Below the pieces are notes generated by a model. It was not told the DNA's origin. It saw only the letters and a list, made by a program, of their open reading frames with translations, and searched no databases. The translations under genes were made by a program, and so were the position numbers. Positions 1 to 14,875 of a DNA stretch of 64,000 bases are shown here, piece by piece. This DNA comes from Nemertoderma westbladi (taxonomy: Eukaryota; Animalia; Xenacoelomorpha): NCBI GenBank assembly GCA_032718475.1, contig JAUCBJ010008293.1, positions 1 through 64,000 of the forward strand. Reading direction: 5' to 3'. Each line of letters begins with the position of its first letter. Positions within the stretch are counted from its first letter, which is position 1.

Positions 1-667
1 GCATCCTTATCCCAGAACGAAGGGGGTCCTAGTTACAGGACCAGATTTGCCCTAGTAAGAGGGTCTATGCAGCTACAGGTGGCACCTCCTTTATGCTGCA
101 TGGAGGTGGCAAGTTTTCTTGATCAATGACCTAGAATACCAATGAGAAGTGATGATTATTGCGTAATAAAGTGAAATCCAGAAAACCTATTGGGCAATAT
201 TATTCTGCAGAAAGGCGCCATATCTCTCTATATCTATATCTCTCCTGAACAATTGCATTTTTTGACTTAGGTCCTTATGACACTAAGCTATATTATATGT
301 AATTTTTTTTATCTTTTACCATGGAACACGTGTCGATGATCCCGTTTCATTAAATCGACTCACTTCTCCTTTCACATTGTCTTAAACGTTCATTGGTGTC
401 ACATGGGAGTACTGAACTCTAATGGTTCTAGTACAGTTGTACTGCTAGGTTACAGTACAGAGTTGTAGGCCTAGGTACGTACCGTAGTAACCAGCTGTAA
501 CTAATGATGGACAAGTATCACTAAAATCTTGAGATTGACCTTCAAATCAACTACAAGTTCTGAAACTCAAAATTAACCTTGACCATGATTTCATATAATA
601 TTCAAAGATTATTTATAACAATTCAAAGAATATTCATAAAATATTGTGTGACATCCATTTTACAGCG

Positions 668-810
668 TAGTTGTTAATTACTGAATGTCACGTTGGACGA
701 ATAAACATCAACAAACGCCGCTCTGTGATGGAATTGCTCGATTTTTTGCTTGCGGCTGATGCTTTGTTGCTGTTTATTCATCCATCGTCCCATTCAGTAA
801 TTAACAACTA
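668..810. mobile_element. Small MITE / hairpin
   Basis: tagttgttaattactgaatg (668-687) is exactly inverted as cattcagtaattaacaacta (791-810). Imperfect inversion extends to about 45 bp, with TA at both outer ends. Confidence 0.6.
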
Positions 811-1105
811 TTCATACTGTAGAATATAATATGAATATTCATTCATTTAAGTCAAGCGGGTAACGATAAACAGTACTCAACATTCAAGTAACAGCTTGAT
901 AATTCAGAAGGACGATTATGAAAAATTTTGTAGAATAAAAGCATACTTTATTTCAGACCGAAGGCCGAGCAAAAAATGATTTTACTATTTTAAGGAAAGA
1001 CGGATTATTACAACAAATTACTTTCAATTTCGAAATTACACAATCCAAACTGTTTCAAGATTTTTTGAGATACTTGACTTTGGCGTTAACGCACCAATAT
1101 ACTAA

Positions 1106-1714
1106 TTAATTTGTTTCCAATATACCTTTAACAATCTCCTCTTTCTCAGTTGTAGTCTTTCTCGGTTCCTCTGGTGCAGCTGTCGTGTTATTGTCTACCG
1201 TCCGAGGCAATGCAGCTCCCAAAGTAGTTAACATTCCCGACTGACCTCTAGATGGCGTCAATGAACCATTCGGTGTTGTCTCTTTGTGACGTTGACTTCC
1301 TATATTGGTGTTAACTATGACGTCATTCGAACTATTGGGTTTCTGGTACAACTTCAGTGTTTTATTGTCGTTTATTTTAGAATTTACTTCTTGTTTTTCA
1401 TAAAGATTGGAATTTTCCAACGAGACATCAGAAAGCAAATTAGATACCATATCGTTTTTAAACTCAGTTATGTTGTGCCGCAGCCACTCGTTAGGGGGCG
1501 TGATTACCGGTTTCATGATTCCTTTATCATACGTCAGCAGTGGTCTGTAATACTGTCTTTTGACTCGTTGATTCAATTGGCGGAATTCGGTACCTAGAGC
1601 TTTTCTGATTGGATGCGTGGTTCCAAATAGCAATGCGTTGCCAGGCAAAACAGTGGCGCAAAAAAACGCAAAGAAGCAGATCCAACATTGACATTGGAAG
1701 TCAACCGTATGCAT
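1106..1714 (-). CDS. Exon encoding a putative secreted precursor (signal peptide, RVKR cleavage site, low-complexity S/T/N-rich tail)
   Basis: Acceptor ttattttcag immediately precedes ATG at 1714. N-terminus MHTVDFQCQCWICFFAFFCATVLPGNA is hydrophobic. Non-repetitive frame of about 202 aa; may end at a donor AG|GTATAT near 1126 instead of the stop. No family recognised. Confidence 0.55.
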   Translation of the reverse strand: MHTVDFQCQCWICFFAFFCATVLPGNALLFGTTHPIRKALGTEFRQLNQRVKRQYYRPLLTYDKGIMKPVITPPNEWLRHNITEFKNDMVSNLLSDVSLENSNLYEKQEVNSKINDNKTLKLYQKPNSSNDVIVNTNIGSQRHKETTPNGSLTPSRGQSGMLTTLGAALPRTVDNNTTAAPEEPRKTTTEKEEIVKGILETN

Positions 1715-1741
1715 CTGAAAATAAGTAGAAATCATAATAGG

Positions 1742-4700
1742 GACGGAAACGGCATACATCCATAATGAACGGAGACGGCATACATCAATAATGAAAGGAG
1801 AAGGCATACATCCATAGTGAACGGAGACGGCATACATCAATAATGAAAGGAGAAGGCATACATCCATAGTGAACTTAAGCAGCATACACCCATAATGAAA
1901 GGAGAAGGCATACATCCATAGTGAACGGAGACGGCATACATCAATAATGAAAGGAGAAGGCATACATCCATAGTGAACTTAGACGGCATACATACACCCA
2001 TAAGGAAAGGTGAAGGCATACATCCATAGTGAACGGAGACGACATACACCCATAGTGAACGCAGACGGCATACACCCATAGTGTACGCAGACGGCATACA
2101 TCCATTGTGAACTTAGACGGCATACACCCATAATGAAAGCAAGCGGCATACATCCATAGTGAACGCAGATGGCATACATCCATAGTGAACGGAGACGGCA
2201 TACACCCATAATGAATGGAGAAGGCATACATCCATAATGAATGGAGAAGGCATACATCCATAGTGAACGGAGACGGCATACATCCATAATGAATGGAGAA
2301 GGCATATACCCATAATGAATGGAGAAGGCATACATCCATAGTGAACGGAGACGGCATACATCCATAGTGAACGGAGACGGCATACATCCATAGTGAACGC
2401 AGATGGCATACATCCATAATGAATGGAGAAGGCATACATCCATAGTGAACTTAGATGGCATACATACACCCATAAGGAAAGGTGAAGGCATACATTCATA
2501 GTGACTGGAGACGACATACACCCATAATGAATGGAGAAGGCATACGCCCATAATGAATGGAGAAGGCATACATCCATAGTGAACGGAGACGGCATACATC
2601 CATAGTGAACGGAGACGGCATACATCCATAGTGAACGCAGACGGCATACACCCATAGTGAACGGAGACGGCATACATTCATTATAGTGTACGCAGACGGC
2701 ATACATCCATTGTGAACTTAGACGGCATACACCCATAATGAAAGCAAGCGGCATACATCCATAGTGAACGCAGATGGCATACATCCATAGTGAACGGAGA
2801 CAACATACACCCATAATGAATGGAGAAGGCATACACCCATAATGAATGGAGAAGGCATACATCCATAATGAATGGAGAAGGCATACATCCATAGTGAACG
2901 GAGACGGCATACATCCATAATGAATGGAGAAGGCATATACCCATAATGAATGGAGAAGGCATACATCCATAGTGAACGGAGACGGCATACATCCATAGTG
3001 AACGGAGACGGCATACATCCATAGTGAACGCAGATGGCATACATCCATAATGAATGGAGAAGGCATACATCCATAGTGAACTTAGATGGCATACATACAC
3101 CCATAAGGAAAGGTGAAGGCATACATTCATAGTGACTGGAGACGACATACACCCATAGTGAACGGAGACGGCATACACCCATAATGAATGGAGAAGGCAA
3201 ACACCCATAATGAAAGGAGAAGGCATACATCCATAGTGAACTTAGATGGCATACATACACCCATAAGGAAAGGTGAAGGCATACATTCATAGTGACTGGA
3301 GACGACATACACCCATAGTGAACGCAGACGGCATACACCCATAGTGAACGCATACGGCATACATCCATAGTGAACGGAGATGGCATACATCCATAGTGAA
3401 CGGAGACGGCATACACCCATAATGAAAGCAAGCGGCATACATCCATAGTGAACGCAGATGGCATAATTCCATAGTGAACGGAGACGGCATACATCCATAG
3501 TGAACGGAGACAGCATACACCTATAATGAATGGAGAATGCCTACATCCATAGTGAACGGAGACGGCATACACTCATAATGAATGGAGAAGGCATACATCC
3601 ATAGTGAACGGAGACGGCATACATCCATAGTGAACGCAGACGGCATACATCCATATTGAACGGAGACGGCATACATCCATAGTGAACGGAGACGGCATAC
3701 ATCCATAGTGTATGCAGACGGCATACATCCATAGTGAACGGAGACGGCATACACCCATAATGAATGGAGAAGGCATACACCCATAATGAATGGAGAAGGC
3801 ATACATCCATAGTGAACGGAGACGGCATACATCCATAGTGAACGCAGGCGGCATACATCCATAGTGAACGGAGACGGCATACATCCATAGTGAACGGAGA
3901 CGGCATACATCCATAGTGTATGCAGACGGCATACATCCATAGTGAACGGAGACAGCATACACCTATAATGAATGGAGAATGCCTACATCCATAGTGAACG
4001 GAGACGGCATACACCCATAATGAATGGAGAAGGCATACATCCATAGTCAACGGAGACGGCATACATCCATAGTGAACGCAGACGGCATACATCCATGGTG
4101 AACGGAGACGGCATACATCCATAGTGAACGGAGACGGCATACATCCATAGTGTATGCAGACGGCATACATCCATAGTGAACGGAGAAGGCATACACCGAT
4201 AATGAATGGAGAATGCATACATCCATAGTGAACGGAGACGGCATACACCCATAATGAATGGAGAAGGCATATACCCATAATGATTGGAGAATGCATACAC
4301 CGATAATGAATGGAGAAGGCATACATCCATCCATAGTGAACGGAGATGGCATACATCCATAGTGAACGGAGAGACGGCATACACCCATAATGAATGGAGA
4401 AGGCATACACCGATAATGAATGGAGAAGGCATACATCCATAGTGAACGGAGACGGCATACACCCATAATGAATGGAGAAGGCATACACCGATAATGAATG
4501 GAGAAGGCATACATCCATAGTGAACGGAGACGGCATACACCCATAATGAATGGAGAAGCATATACCCATAATGAATGGAGAAGGCATACATCCATAGTGA
4601 ACGGAGACGGCATACACCCATAATGAATGGAGAAGCATATACCCATAATGAATGGAGAAGGCATACATCCATAGTGAACGGAGACGGCATACACCGATAA

Positions 4701-7700
4701 TGAATGGAGAAGGCCTACACCCATAGTGAACGGAGACGGCATACATCCATAGTGAACGGAGACAACATACACCCATAATGAAAGGAGAAGGCATACATCC
4801 ATAGTGAACTTAGACGGCATACATACACCCATAATGAATGGAAAAGGCATACATCCATAGTGAACGCAGACGGCATACATCCATAGTGAACGGAGACAGC
4901 ATACACCCATAATTAATGGAGAAGGCATACATCCATAATGAATGGAAAAGGCATACATCCATAGTGAACGGAGACGGCATACATCCACAGTGAACGCAGA
5001 CGGCATACATCCATAGTGAACGGAGACGGCATACATCCATAGTGAACGGAGACGGCATACATCCATAGTGTATGCAGACAGCATACACCTATAATGAATG
5101 GAGAATGCCTACATCCATAGTGAACGGAGACGGCATACATCCATAATGACTGGAGAAGGCATACATCCATAGTGAACGCAGACGGCATACATCCATAGTG
5201 TATGCAGACAGCATACACCTATAATGAATGGAGAATGCCTACATCCATAGTGAACGGAGACGGCATACATCCATAATGAATGGAGAAGGCAAACATCCAT
5301 AGTGAACGCAGACGGCATACATCCATAGTGAACGGAGAAGGCATACATCCATAGTGAACGGAGACGGCATACATCCATAGTGAACGCAGACGGCATACAT
5401 CCATAGTGAACGGAGACGGCATACATCCATAGTGAACGGAGACGGCATACATCCATAGTGTATGCAGACGGCATACATCCATAGTGAACGGAGACGGCAT
5501 ACACCCATAATGAATGGAGAAGGCATACACCCATAATGAATGGAGAAGGCATACATCCATAGTGAACGGAGACGGCATACATCCATAGTGAACGCAGACG
5601 GCATACATCCATAGTGAACGGAGACGGCATACATCCATAGTGAACGGAGACGGCATACATCCATAGTGTATGCAGACGGCATACATCCATAGTGAACGGA
5701 GACGGCATACACCCATAATGAATGGAGAAGGCATACACCCATAATGAATGGAGAAGGCATACATCCATAGTGAACGGAGACGGCATACACCCATAATGAA
5801 TGGAGAAGGCATACATCCATAGTGAACGGAGACGGCATAAACCCATAATGAATGGAGAAGGCATACATCCATAGTGAACGCAGACGGCATACATCCATAG
5901 TGAACGGAGACAGCATACACCCATAATGAAAGGAGAAGGCCTACATCCATAGTGAACTTAGACGGCATACATACACCCATAATGAATGGAGAAGGCATAC
6001 ACCCATAATGAATGGAGAAGGCATACACCCATAATGAATGGAGAAGGCATACATTCATAGTGAACGGAGACGGCATACACCCATAATGAATGGAGAAGGC
6101 ATACACCGATAATGAATGGAGAAGGCATACATCCATAGTGAACGGAGACGGCTTACATCCATAGTGAACGGAGACGGCATACATCCATAGTGAACGCAGA
6201 CGGCATACATCCATAGTGAACGGAGACAGCATACACCCATAATGAAAGGAGAAGGCCTACATCCATAGTGAACTTAGACGGCATACATCCATAGTGAACG
6301 GAGACAGCATACACCCATAATGAATGGAGAAGGCCTACATCCATAGTGAACGGAGACGGCATACACCCATAATGAATGGAGAAGGCATACACCGATAATG
6401 AATGGAGAAGGCATACATCCATAGTGAACGGAGACGGCATACACCCATAATGAATGGAAAAGGCATACATCCATAATGAATGGAGAAGGCATACATCCAT
6501 AGTGAACGCAGACGGCATACATCCATAGTGAACGGAGACAGCATACACCCATAATGAAAGGAGAAGGCCTACATCCATAGTGAACTTAGACGGCATACAT
6601 CCATAGTGAACGGAGACAGCATACACCCATAATGAATGGAGAAGGCCTACATCCATAGTGAACGGAGACGGCATACACCCATAATGAATGGAGAAGGCAT
6701 ACACCGATAATGAATGGAGAAGGCATACATCCATAGTGAACGGAGACGGCATACACCCATAATGAATGGAAAAGGCATACATCCATAATGAATGGAGAAG
6801 GCATACATCCATAGTGAACGCAGACGGCATACATCCATAGTGAACGGAGACAGCATACACCCATAATGAATGGAGAAGGCCTACATCCATAGTGAACGGA
6901 GACGGCATACACCCATAATGAATGGAGAAGGCATACACCGATAATGAATGGAGAAGGCATACATCCATAGTGAACGGAGACGGCATACACCCATAATGAA
7001 TGGAAAAGGCATACATCCATAATGAATGGAGAAGGCATACATCCATAGTGAACGCAGACGGCATACATCCATAGTGAACGGAGACAGCATACACCCATAA
7101 TGAAAGGAGAAGGCCTACATCCATAGTGAACTTAGACGGCATACATCCATAGTGAACGGAGACAGCATACACCCATAATGAATGGAGAAGGCCTACATCC
7201 ATAGTGAACCGAGACGGCATACACCCATAATGAATGGAGAAGGCATACACCGATAATGAATGGAGAAGGCATACATCCATAGTGAACGGAGACGGCATAC
7301 ACCCATAATGAATGGAAAAGGCATACATCCATAATGAATGGAGAAGGCATACATCCATAGTGAACGCAGACGGCATACATCCATAGTGAACGGAGACAGC
7401 ATACACCCATAATGAAAGGAGAAGGCCTACATCCATAGTGAACTTAGACGGCATACATCCATAGTGAACGGAGACGGCATACACCCATAATGAAAGGAGA
7501 AGGCATACACCCATAATGAATGGAAAAGGCATACATCCATAATGAATGGAGAAGGCATACATCCATAGTGAACGCAGACGGCATACATCCATAGTGAACG
7601 GAGACAGCATACACCCATAATTAATGGAGAAGGCATACATCCATAGTGAACGCAGACGGCATACATCCATAGTGAACGGAGACGGCATACATCCATAGTG

Positions 7701-7762
7701 AACGCGGACGGCATACATCCATAGTGAACGGAGACGGCATACACCCATAATGAATGGCGAAG
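1742..7762. repeat. 26-bp minisatellite array (about 6 kb), units GGCATACATCCATAGTGAACGGAGAC / GGCATACACCCATAATGAATGGAGAA
   Basis: Direct tandem periodicity; translations repeat every 26 aa (78 nt = 3 x 26). Confidence 0.98.
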
Positions 7763-7900
7763 GTATGTTTCGCAAACTTTATTCGGCCCATACATCCGTA
7801 GCACCACTACATGCTGGTATTAGAAAACTCTGAGATTGATATGATTTACTCTGCTCAACTCCGCCGCAAGAAAATACAAAGCATTGATGAGCCAGGGCTG

Positions 7901-7948
7901 CTCTCTCTCTCTCTTCTCTCTCTCTCTTTCTCTCTCTATATATATATA
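7901..7948. repeat. (CT)n(AT)n microsatellite
   Basis: Visible dinucleotide runs. Confidence 0.9.
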
Positions 7949-8440
7949 GCCACTCTACTGACACACCCCGGTGCGTTTACCCCGCTTACAGTAGGATCTA
8001 TGGTTCCAATTAGCTCCACTGATTGCTATGCATACAGTAGCATCGACAGAGAAATCGGGACTCCGATAGAGTAAGGAATTCCCAGGAAACTATCTCTCGC
8101 TTGTTGCCGCTGAATTATAATTGATCTATTAAGAAAACCTTTCCATGAATTTAAATATTTTTCGGATTCTTATCCCATTGAGACTACTATACTACATACG
8201 ATAATATTTTTATAAACTAGAAACGAACTTTTATTGGCTAGAAACGAATGAGTAAATCTCAATTATTATAAGTACTGTAATTTAGCCAATATTATATAAA
8301 TAACCTTAACTTTAACTTTTAATTCCTTTATGTATAATTAATTTTAAACCAAAGTACACAAAGTACACATTATGTAGTTAATGATAATGATGTTGGACGC
8401 CACCTAGATCGAAAGCGAGTAATGACTGTTATATCGCTAC

Positions 8441-10190
8441 CCTGTACCCATACCCCACCCATGTACACATACCCCACCCATGTACCCATACCCCACCCAT
8501 GTACCCATACCGCACCCATGTACACATACCACACCCATGTACACATACCCCACCCATGTACCCATACCCCACCCATGTACCCATACCCCACCCATGTACA
8601 CATACCCCACCCATGTACCCATACCCCACCCATGTACCCATACCCCACCCTTTTACCCATACCCCACCCATGTACCCATTTCTCACCCATGTACCCATAC
8701 CCCACCCAGGTACCCATACCCCACCCATGTACCCATACCCCACCCATGTACCCATACCCCACCCATGTACCCATACCCCACCCATATCCCACCCATGTAC
8801 CCATACCCCACCCATACCCCACCCATACCCCACCCATGTACCCATACCCCACCCATGTACCCATACCCCACCCATACCCCACCCATGTACCCATACCCCA
8901 CCCATGTACCCATACCCCACCCATGTACACATACCCCACCCATGTACACATACCCCACCCATGTACCCATACCCCACCCATGTACACATGCCCCACCCAT
9001 GTACACATAGCCCACCCATGTACCCATACCCCACCCATGTACCCATACCCCACCCATGTACACATACCCCACCCATGTACCCATACCCCACCCATGTACC
9101 CATACCCCACCCTTTTACCCATACCCCACCCATGTACCCATTTCTCACCCATGTACCCATACCCCACCCAGGTACCCATACCCCACCCATGTACCCATAC
9201 CCCACCCATGTACCCATACCCCACCCATGTACCCATACCCCACCCATATCCCACCCATGTACCCATACCCCACCCATACCCCACCCATACCCCACCCATG
9301 TACCCATACCCCACCCATGTACCCATACCCCACCCATACCCCACCCATGTACCCATACCCCACCCATGTACCCATACCCCACCCATGTACACATACCCCA
9401 CCCATGTACACATACCCCACCCATGTACCCATACCCCACCCATGTACACATGCCCCACCCATGTACACATAGCCCACCCATGTACCCATACCCCACCCAT
9501 GTACCCATACCCCACCCATGTACCCATACCCCACCCATGTACACATACCCCACCCATGTACACATACCCCACCCATGTACCCATACCCCACCCATGTACC
9601 CATACCCCACCCATGTACCCATACACCACCCATGTACCCATACCCCACCATTTTACCCCTACCCCACCCATGTACCCATTTCTCACCCATGTACCCATAC
9701 CCCACCCATGTACCCATACACCACCCATGTACCCATACCCCACCCTTTTAGCCATACCCCACCCATGTACCCATTTCTCACCCATGTACCCATACCCCAC
9801 CCAGGTACCCATACCCCACCCATGTACCCATACCCCACCCATGTACCCATACCCCACCCATGTACCCATACCCCACCCATACCCCACCCATGTACCCATA
9901 CCCCACCCATGTACCCATACTCCACCCATACCCCACCCATGTACCCATACCCCACCCATGTACCCATACCCCACTCATACTCCACCCATGTACCCATACC
10001 CCACCCATGTACCCATACCCCACCCATGTACACATACCCCACCCATGTACACATACCCCACCCATGTACCCATACCCCACCCATGTACACATACCCCACC
10101 CATGTACCCATACCCCACCCATGTACACATGCCCCACCCATGTACACATACCCCACCCATGTACGCATCCCCCACACATGTACCCATACC
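8441..10190. repeat. 19-bp minisatellite (CCCCACCCATGTACCCATA)
   Basis: Tandem unit; 19-aa periodicity in translations; occasional 11-bp short units. Confidence 0.97.
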
Positions 10191-12410
10191 ACAATACCAA
10201 TACCACCCTCTCCCAGTGCCGATACCCGTACTGTGTACCCGTACCGGTGCTGTACCTCACTGCCGATCCCCCGTAGACCAAGTATTAATAGTGCGAACTG
10301 TGATAAATAATAGGACTAACAATCTATTATTATAAATAGACAATTAAATAATATAATTTTTAAAAGGGCCCGGGCTTACTTGAACCCGCCATTTCGACCG
10401 TTTCTTCATGTTTTTACAAGAAACACTCGATTCAAGGCACCTTGTTACCCCTCATTCAATTGTTTCTAGCCCAACAATTTCTTTGCGCACCAACCCTATT
10501 GTCCTAATTTCGAAAATAATATTTTTTATTAGCACATATTAGCACATACATAGTGAGAGCACATATTATGTGCTCTCGCTTACACATTAAGCGCAGAGCT
10601 TTTACAAATTTAAGTGAAAGAAACTCTCTGAACAATGAAACAATGATGTAAAGAAGTGAGTCTTCTAGTAGTTTCATTTTCACTGTTTTCCACAAATATA
10701 AGGCCCTGGAGACTGGATTTAAAAGATCAAACCTACAATTTTTAATAATCGCAATTCAATGGGGCAAATTTGGGAATAAAATTACACACTACGCGGATTC
10801 GCACACACTTTACATTATTACCGAACACGTTGACGTTCGACAATTAGTAAAGTGCTCTTTACACACTACAAAGCTAAATTCGACGGACTCGTAAATAAAG
10901 ATTGCGGTTCTTAATGATTTCTTACGATTTCCAATTAAAGTAGCAACACGTATCAACTAGTAGCCGACGCACCCGTGAGCTTATACACTTTTGCGTGACC
11001 AATTTACAACTAGTACAAATTATTCATAGGTAGTCGGATAGATAGCAACACGAATTTAGCCAAAGTTAATTTTAGATATATAATTGCGGATTTGGAATAT
11101 TGTAGCGGGCCGTATAAGGCGACACCTCCATAGGAAACACTCGGGGTTCCACTGTAAACCTCATTAGGCCAAAATCGCGCTAGGCCTAGCCTACATACTT
11201 AGCCAATACTTCAGTATATTAATGGGATTTTTCTGCCTCTTTGATTTCTCCACATTTTACGGAAGATGGTATTTGTTTATGATACAGCCGCAGCGCAGTT
11301 CCAAAGAACTTAGCTTTATGCGTTCAAGCTCAGTTACTTCATATATACTGTAGTGTCGTTGAAGGGTGACTAAAAAATATACTTAGTACCAAGATAGATG
11401 ACTTAAAGATTTCCTAACCTAAAATCGTTACAATAAGATTTCATTACCTAAAAGTAGTTGTTGAATGAGGTTTCATATTTTATATTACTGTAAAATAACA
11501 ATTTTACCAGTTTTAGGGGCAGAAAATAAGTATGATTTAACAAAGTTTACAAAAACCCAAACCATCCCCCCTTAAACGAGATATCATTGACGAATATTAT
11601 TTTTTAACAAGTTTGGTCTGCCAAGCAAACCCTAAACTCAATCATATCTAAATCAATCATAAAGACATGTTCCTACTGTAGTAGGTTCAATGGTACTGTG
11701 ACAATATAATTAATTTTTCGTGTGTTTCACAACATGCTCCACATAATATTTTATCACGCTCTTTCCGATGGCCTATAGCTACTGTAATCTCGATGTAGGA
11801 CAATATCAGGTCAATAAGGTTATTGATGCTCTATACTATTATCTTATCAAACTTTCTTGGGGATCAAAATTCCTTCCATAAATCCCTGTTCGTTTGACTA
11901 ATCGAGAGATAAGATGACAGCCAGTACCGGTACAACAATAGGCCCGAGCGAAACCTCAAGAGCCCGGCTTGAATAAATCTATTGTTTGATGTGCAACTCA
12001 ATTTACGGTTTAAAGGTATGTTGGGATTTTCGCGGCTAGCTGGTGAAGATTTCGTACTGTATAATGTATACCGCGGCAAAGGTATGCTGCAAAAGATTAG
12101 AAGGCGGGTTTGTGGGGAAGCCCACCTGCAATGTAATAATGGTATTCTCATATTGAATACTTTTCCTTAATATTTTATTTTCATATTAACATAAATTAAA
12201 TTTAAATATTAACTATTCCTAATACTTTATCTTGAATACTTAATATGGAAGACGGTCGCTTTAAATTATTACGGTGAAGATATAGAGCAATAGCGCATGC
12301 GGTACTGTACGCGGTACCGTAATTATTATATATATTGAGTTATCTGGAAGTAATGAAATCATAGTATTAACCGAAATTAATATAAATTTACTGACCTCTA
12401 TTGTAAGGTT

Positions 12411-12685
12411 CCACCTTGGTGTAGTGGTTGCATTGAATTCACATCTCCTTAGGTCGTGGGTTCGATCCTCACATGGGCCAGGGCAGTTTTCGTTTCGGCA
12501 CGAATGCTTTAAAGGGACCAGCCAGGGCGCATCTCTGCCTTGCATCCTTAAGTGCTAGCTAAATGAGTACTGGAGTTTCCTCTGGGGAGTAAAGTTCTGG
12601 GGGACCGCACTGGAAATAAGTCGTCAGACTTCGTGCGTAATCCCTGGCCTAGCGGCCGAAGAAAATTAACTTTTTTTTTACTTTT
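12411..12685 (+). mobile_element. tRNA-derived SINE (family A)
   Basis: A box TGGTGTAGTGG, B box GGTTCGATCC, T-rich end. A diverged second copy at 54816-54995 shares gttttcgtttcggcacgaatg. Confidence 0.8.
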
Positions 12686-12759
12686 AAGAACTTTCAATAA
12701 TTTTATAATTTTATGCAATAGATCGAATCATCAACTAGGTGTGAAGAGACTTAGACTCT

Positions 12760-13020
12760 TAAAAATAGAATAAAATTATTAGCTTGCAAGAGACTCCCTG
12801 AAACGGAAGTAGTCAAACAATAAAGACGAGATTGATTTAAAGAGGAAAGAGATTCCTCTAGACTCCCAGCATTCACATATAATAAAGCTTGGATGGGTCC
12901 TAATGAACACCTTCGAGGCTTCGACACCTTTTTAACCAGAACATCTTGCCATGGTTTCCACCACCACCGTGTATGTGGTACGGCAGGGTTCCACAAACCA
13001 CCAGTATCCTGTGTCCCCCA
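12760..13020 (-). pseudogene. Highly decayed CR1-like LINE ORF2 C-terminal fragment
   Basis: Pieces WNP, SLEGVH*DPSKL and LEESLSSLN in different frames resemble the post-RT region of CR1-group elements. Confidence 0.3.
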
Positions 13021-13379
13021 ACAACGTATTCTATTTATCAGTAATTCTCTTTTATCATTTATTTTATTAATTAATTAATAAAGCTACCTTTGGCGTTATT
13101 CGATTAAAAAATATATAATTTATAACAAAACTTAAATTACTTATAATATACAATAAATAAATATACAATAGGTATTAAAATATAATAGGCGGTAGTCACT
13201 TATTACTGTATATCCATTCACCTGAAGAAGGCATATGTTTCAACTCCTCCCCACATTTCATAATGTCGTTTTGTCCATTCGATAATAGATAGCATATTTA
13301 ACAATTAATTGTGGTATGGAATCTAACCCTACATTCTAGATAATTGGGTAGAAATTAAACATAAACATACTCAAACATA

Positions 13380-13985
13380 CATAAGTGTTATTTTACTAAG
13401 TGTTGATATATTTGCGGTACAGGAAACTTGGTTAGATGATTTAGAGTCTTGTCGTCATCGTCACTTGCTCTGAAAAATCAACAACTTTTGTTGTAGTTAC
13501 TCAGTTAGTTGTCTTATAAGCAACCCCAATAGGAAGAGGGGTGCTGGAGTCACCGCACGCACAATGGTATAGGCGCAATAAATTCACCACGGTATCACAT
13601 ATAAAGTCAGATATTAAAGCTAATATCCCAGGCTATGTATCCTTTTTAACTCTGGGTTAACGCCCCCAATAATGCAAATAAACAGTTAAAAAAATCTTTA
13701 ATGCTTTTCTAGCCAGATGCTATTCCATTCATATACTCGGATACGAATTGGGACATACTGTAGTGGCACTACATACAGGGACCACGCTTTTAGAGAAGAG
13801 CACCAAAATAGCAGAGTGTTGTTAAGACTCTTTGAATTTCTAAAGTTATAACAATCTCATAGCATCAGATACTTACTGTATAATATCTTATCGTGACCAG
13901 TAGTGATTATCTTTATAGGGCTAAATCACTTATACATAGACCCATAATTATTTCCAGTTTTGGACTATCATTAATGGTCGACCTT
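13380..13985 (+). pseudogene. Decayed LINE APE-type endonuclease fragment
   Basis: gttgatatatttgcggtacaggaaacttggttagatgat = VDIFAVQETWLDD and aataggaagaggggtgctggagtc = NRKRGAGV, interrupted by stops and frameshifts. Confidence 0.6.
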
Positions 13986-14169
13986 ACACTCAGGGGAGCA
14001 TCTAAGGTCTCATATAAGTTCAAACATGTGGAGGTAACAATTTAAACTTAGTCGCTTCAACTGGAATTGGTTATTCACACACTAAAAATCTCAGTACACT
14101 ACAATACTGTAGTTACAAACAAAATCAATAATTTTCTAAAATCAAATGAGATAGAGAGTGTATGTTGTG

Positions 14170-14875
14170 ACAGTGCAATTGCGACCCGGACAATTGCGAC
14201 CCACACATTTTCTAAAATCATGGGTCGCAATTGTCCGGGTCTCAATTGTCTGCATCCAGATTAAAAACCGATGTAATTTAAATCATACATAATCATAAAT
14301 AAATAGTTATACACATTCTAGATTTCAACATTTTTATATCAATGGCTAATAATAATTCATAAAAGTCATAAATTTATCCAAAACAAACCACAGTAATTTA
14401 AGCAATAAATAATGCATGAACAATGTTAACAATATACAGTAGGCTATGCTAATTTTTAGAGCAACAGTTAAAACAAATTAATTTTAATTGAAAGCATTCC
14501 AGAAATTGCGAATAATCTTGGGTCAACATCTCCCTATGTTAAAGTGTAGCTACAGTCCATTAAATATAGCAGTAAATTAAATATAGCTACAGTAATTACA
14601 CTTTAATTAATTTGTACAATTAATATAAAAGCATTCCACAATATAACATTGAGAATAATTTGGGGCCAAATTCTCCCATCTCAACATATGTTAAAAATAT
14701 AGTTACAGTAATCAAAATTAGTATAATATATTATATAAATATACAGTCTGTCTCCGGACATTTGGGACCCAGTAAATTATTCTAAAATCATATGGGTCCC
14801 AATTGACCGGATCGCAATTGACCGGATCGCAATTGTCCGGGTCGCAATTGTCCGGGTCGCAATTGTCCGGACGCC
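14170..14875. mobile_element. Non-autonomous foldback/MULE-like element with gggtcgcaattgtcc subterminal repeats
   Basis: Inverted clusters caattgcgacccgga / gggtcgcaattgtcc at both ends; left terminus degraded; no clear TSD. Confidence 0.6.

Noticed and set aside
60-135. Possible terminal exon VIDQENLPPPCSIKEVPPVAA* on the minus strand
   Set aside because: Phase does not match the candidate donor near 1126; too short to support.
1837-7807. Dozens of long Cys/Met-rich ORFs
   Set aside because: Translations of the 26-bp minisatellite; all three frames give the same permuted peptide.
8370-10335. Pro/His-rich and Gly/Trp-rich ORFs up to 637 aa
   Set aside because: 19-bp repeat lacking stops; open in multiple frames on both strands.
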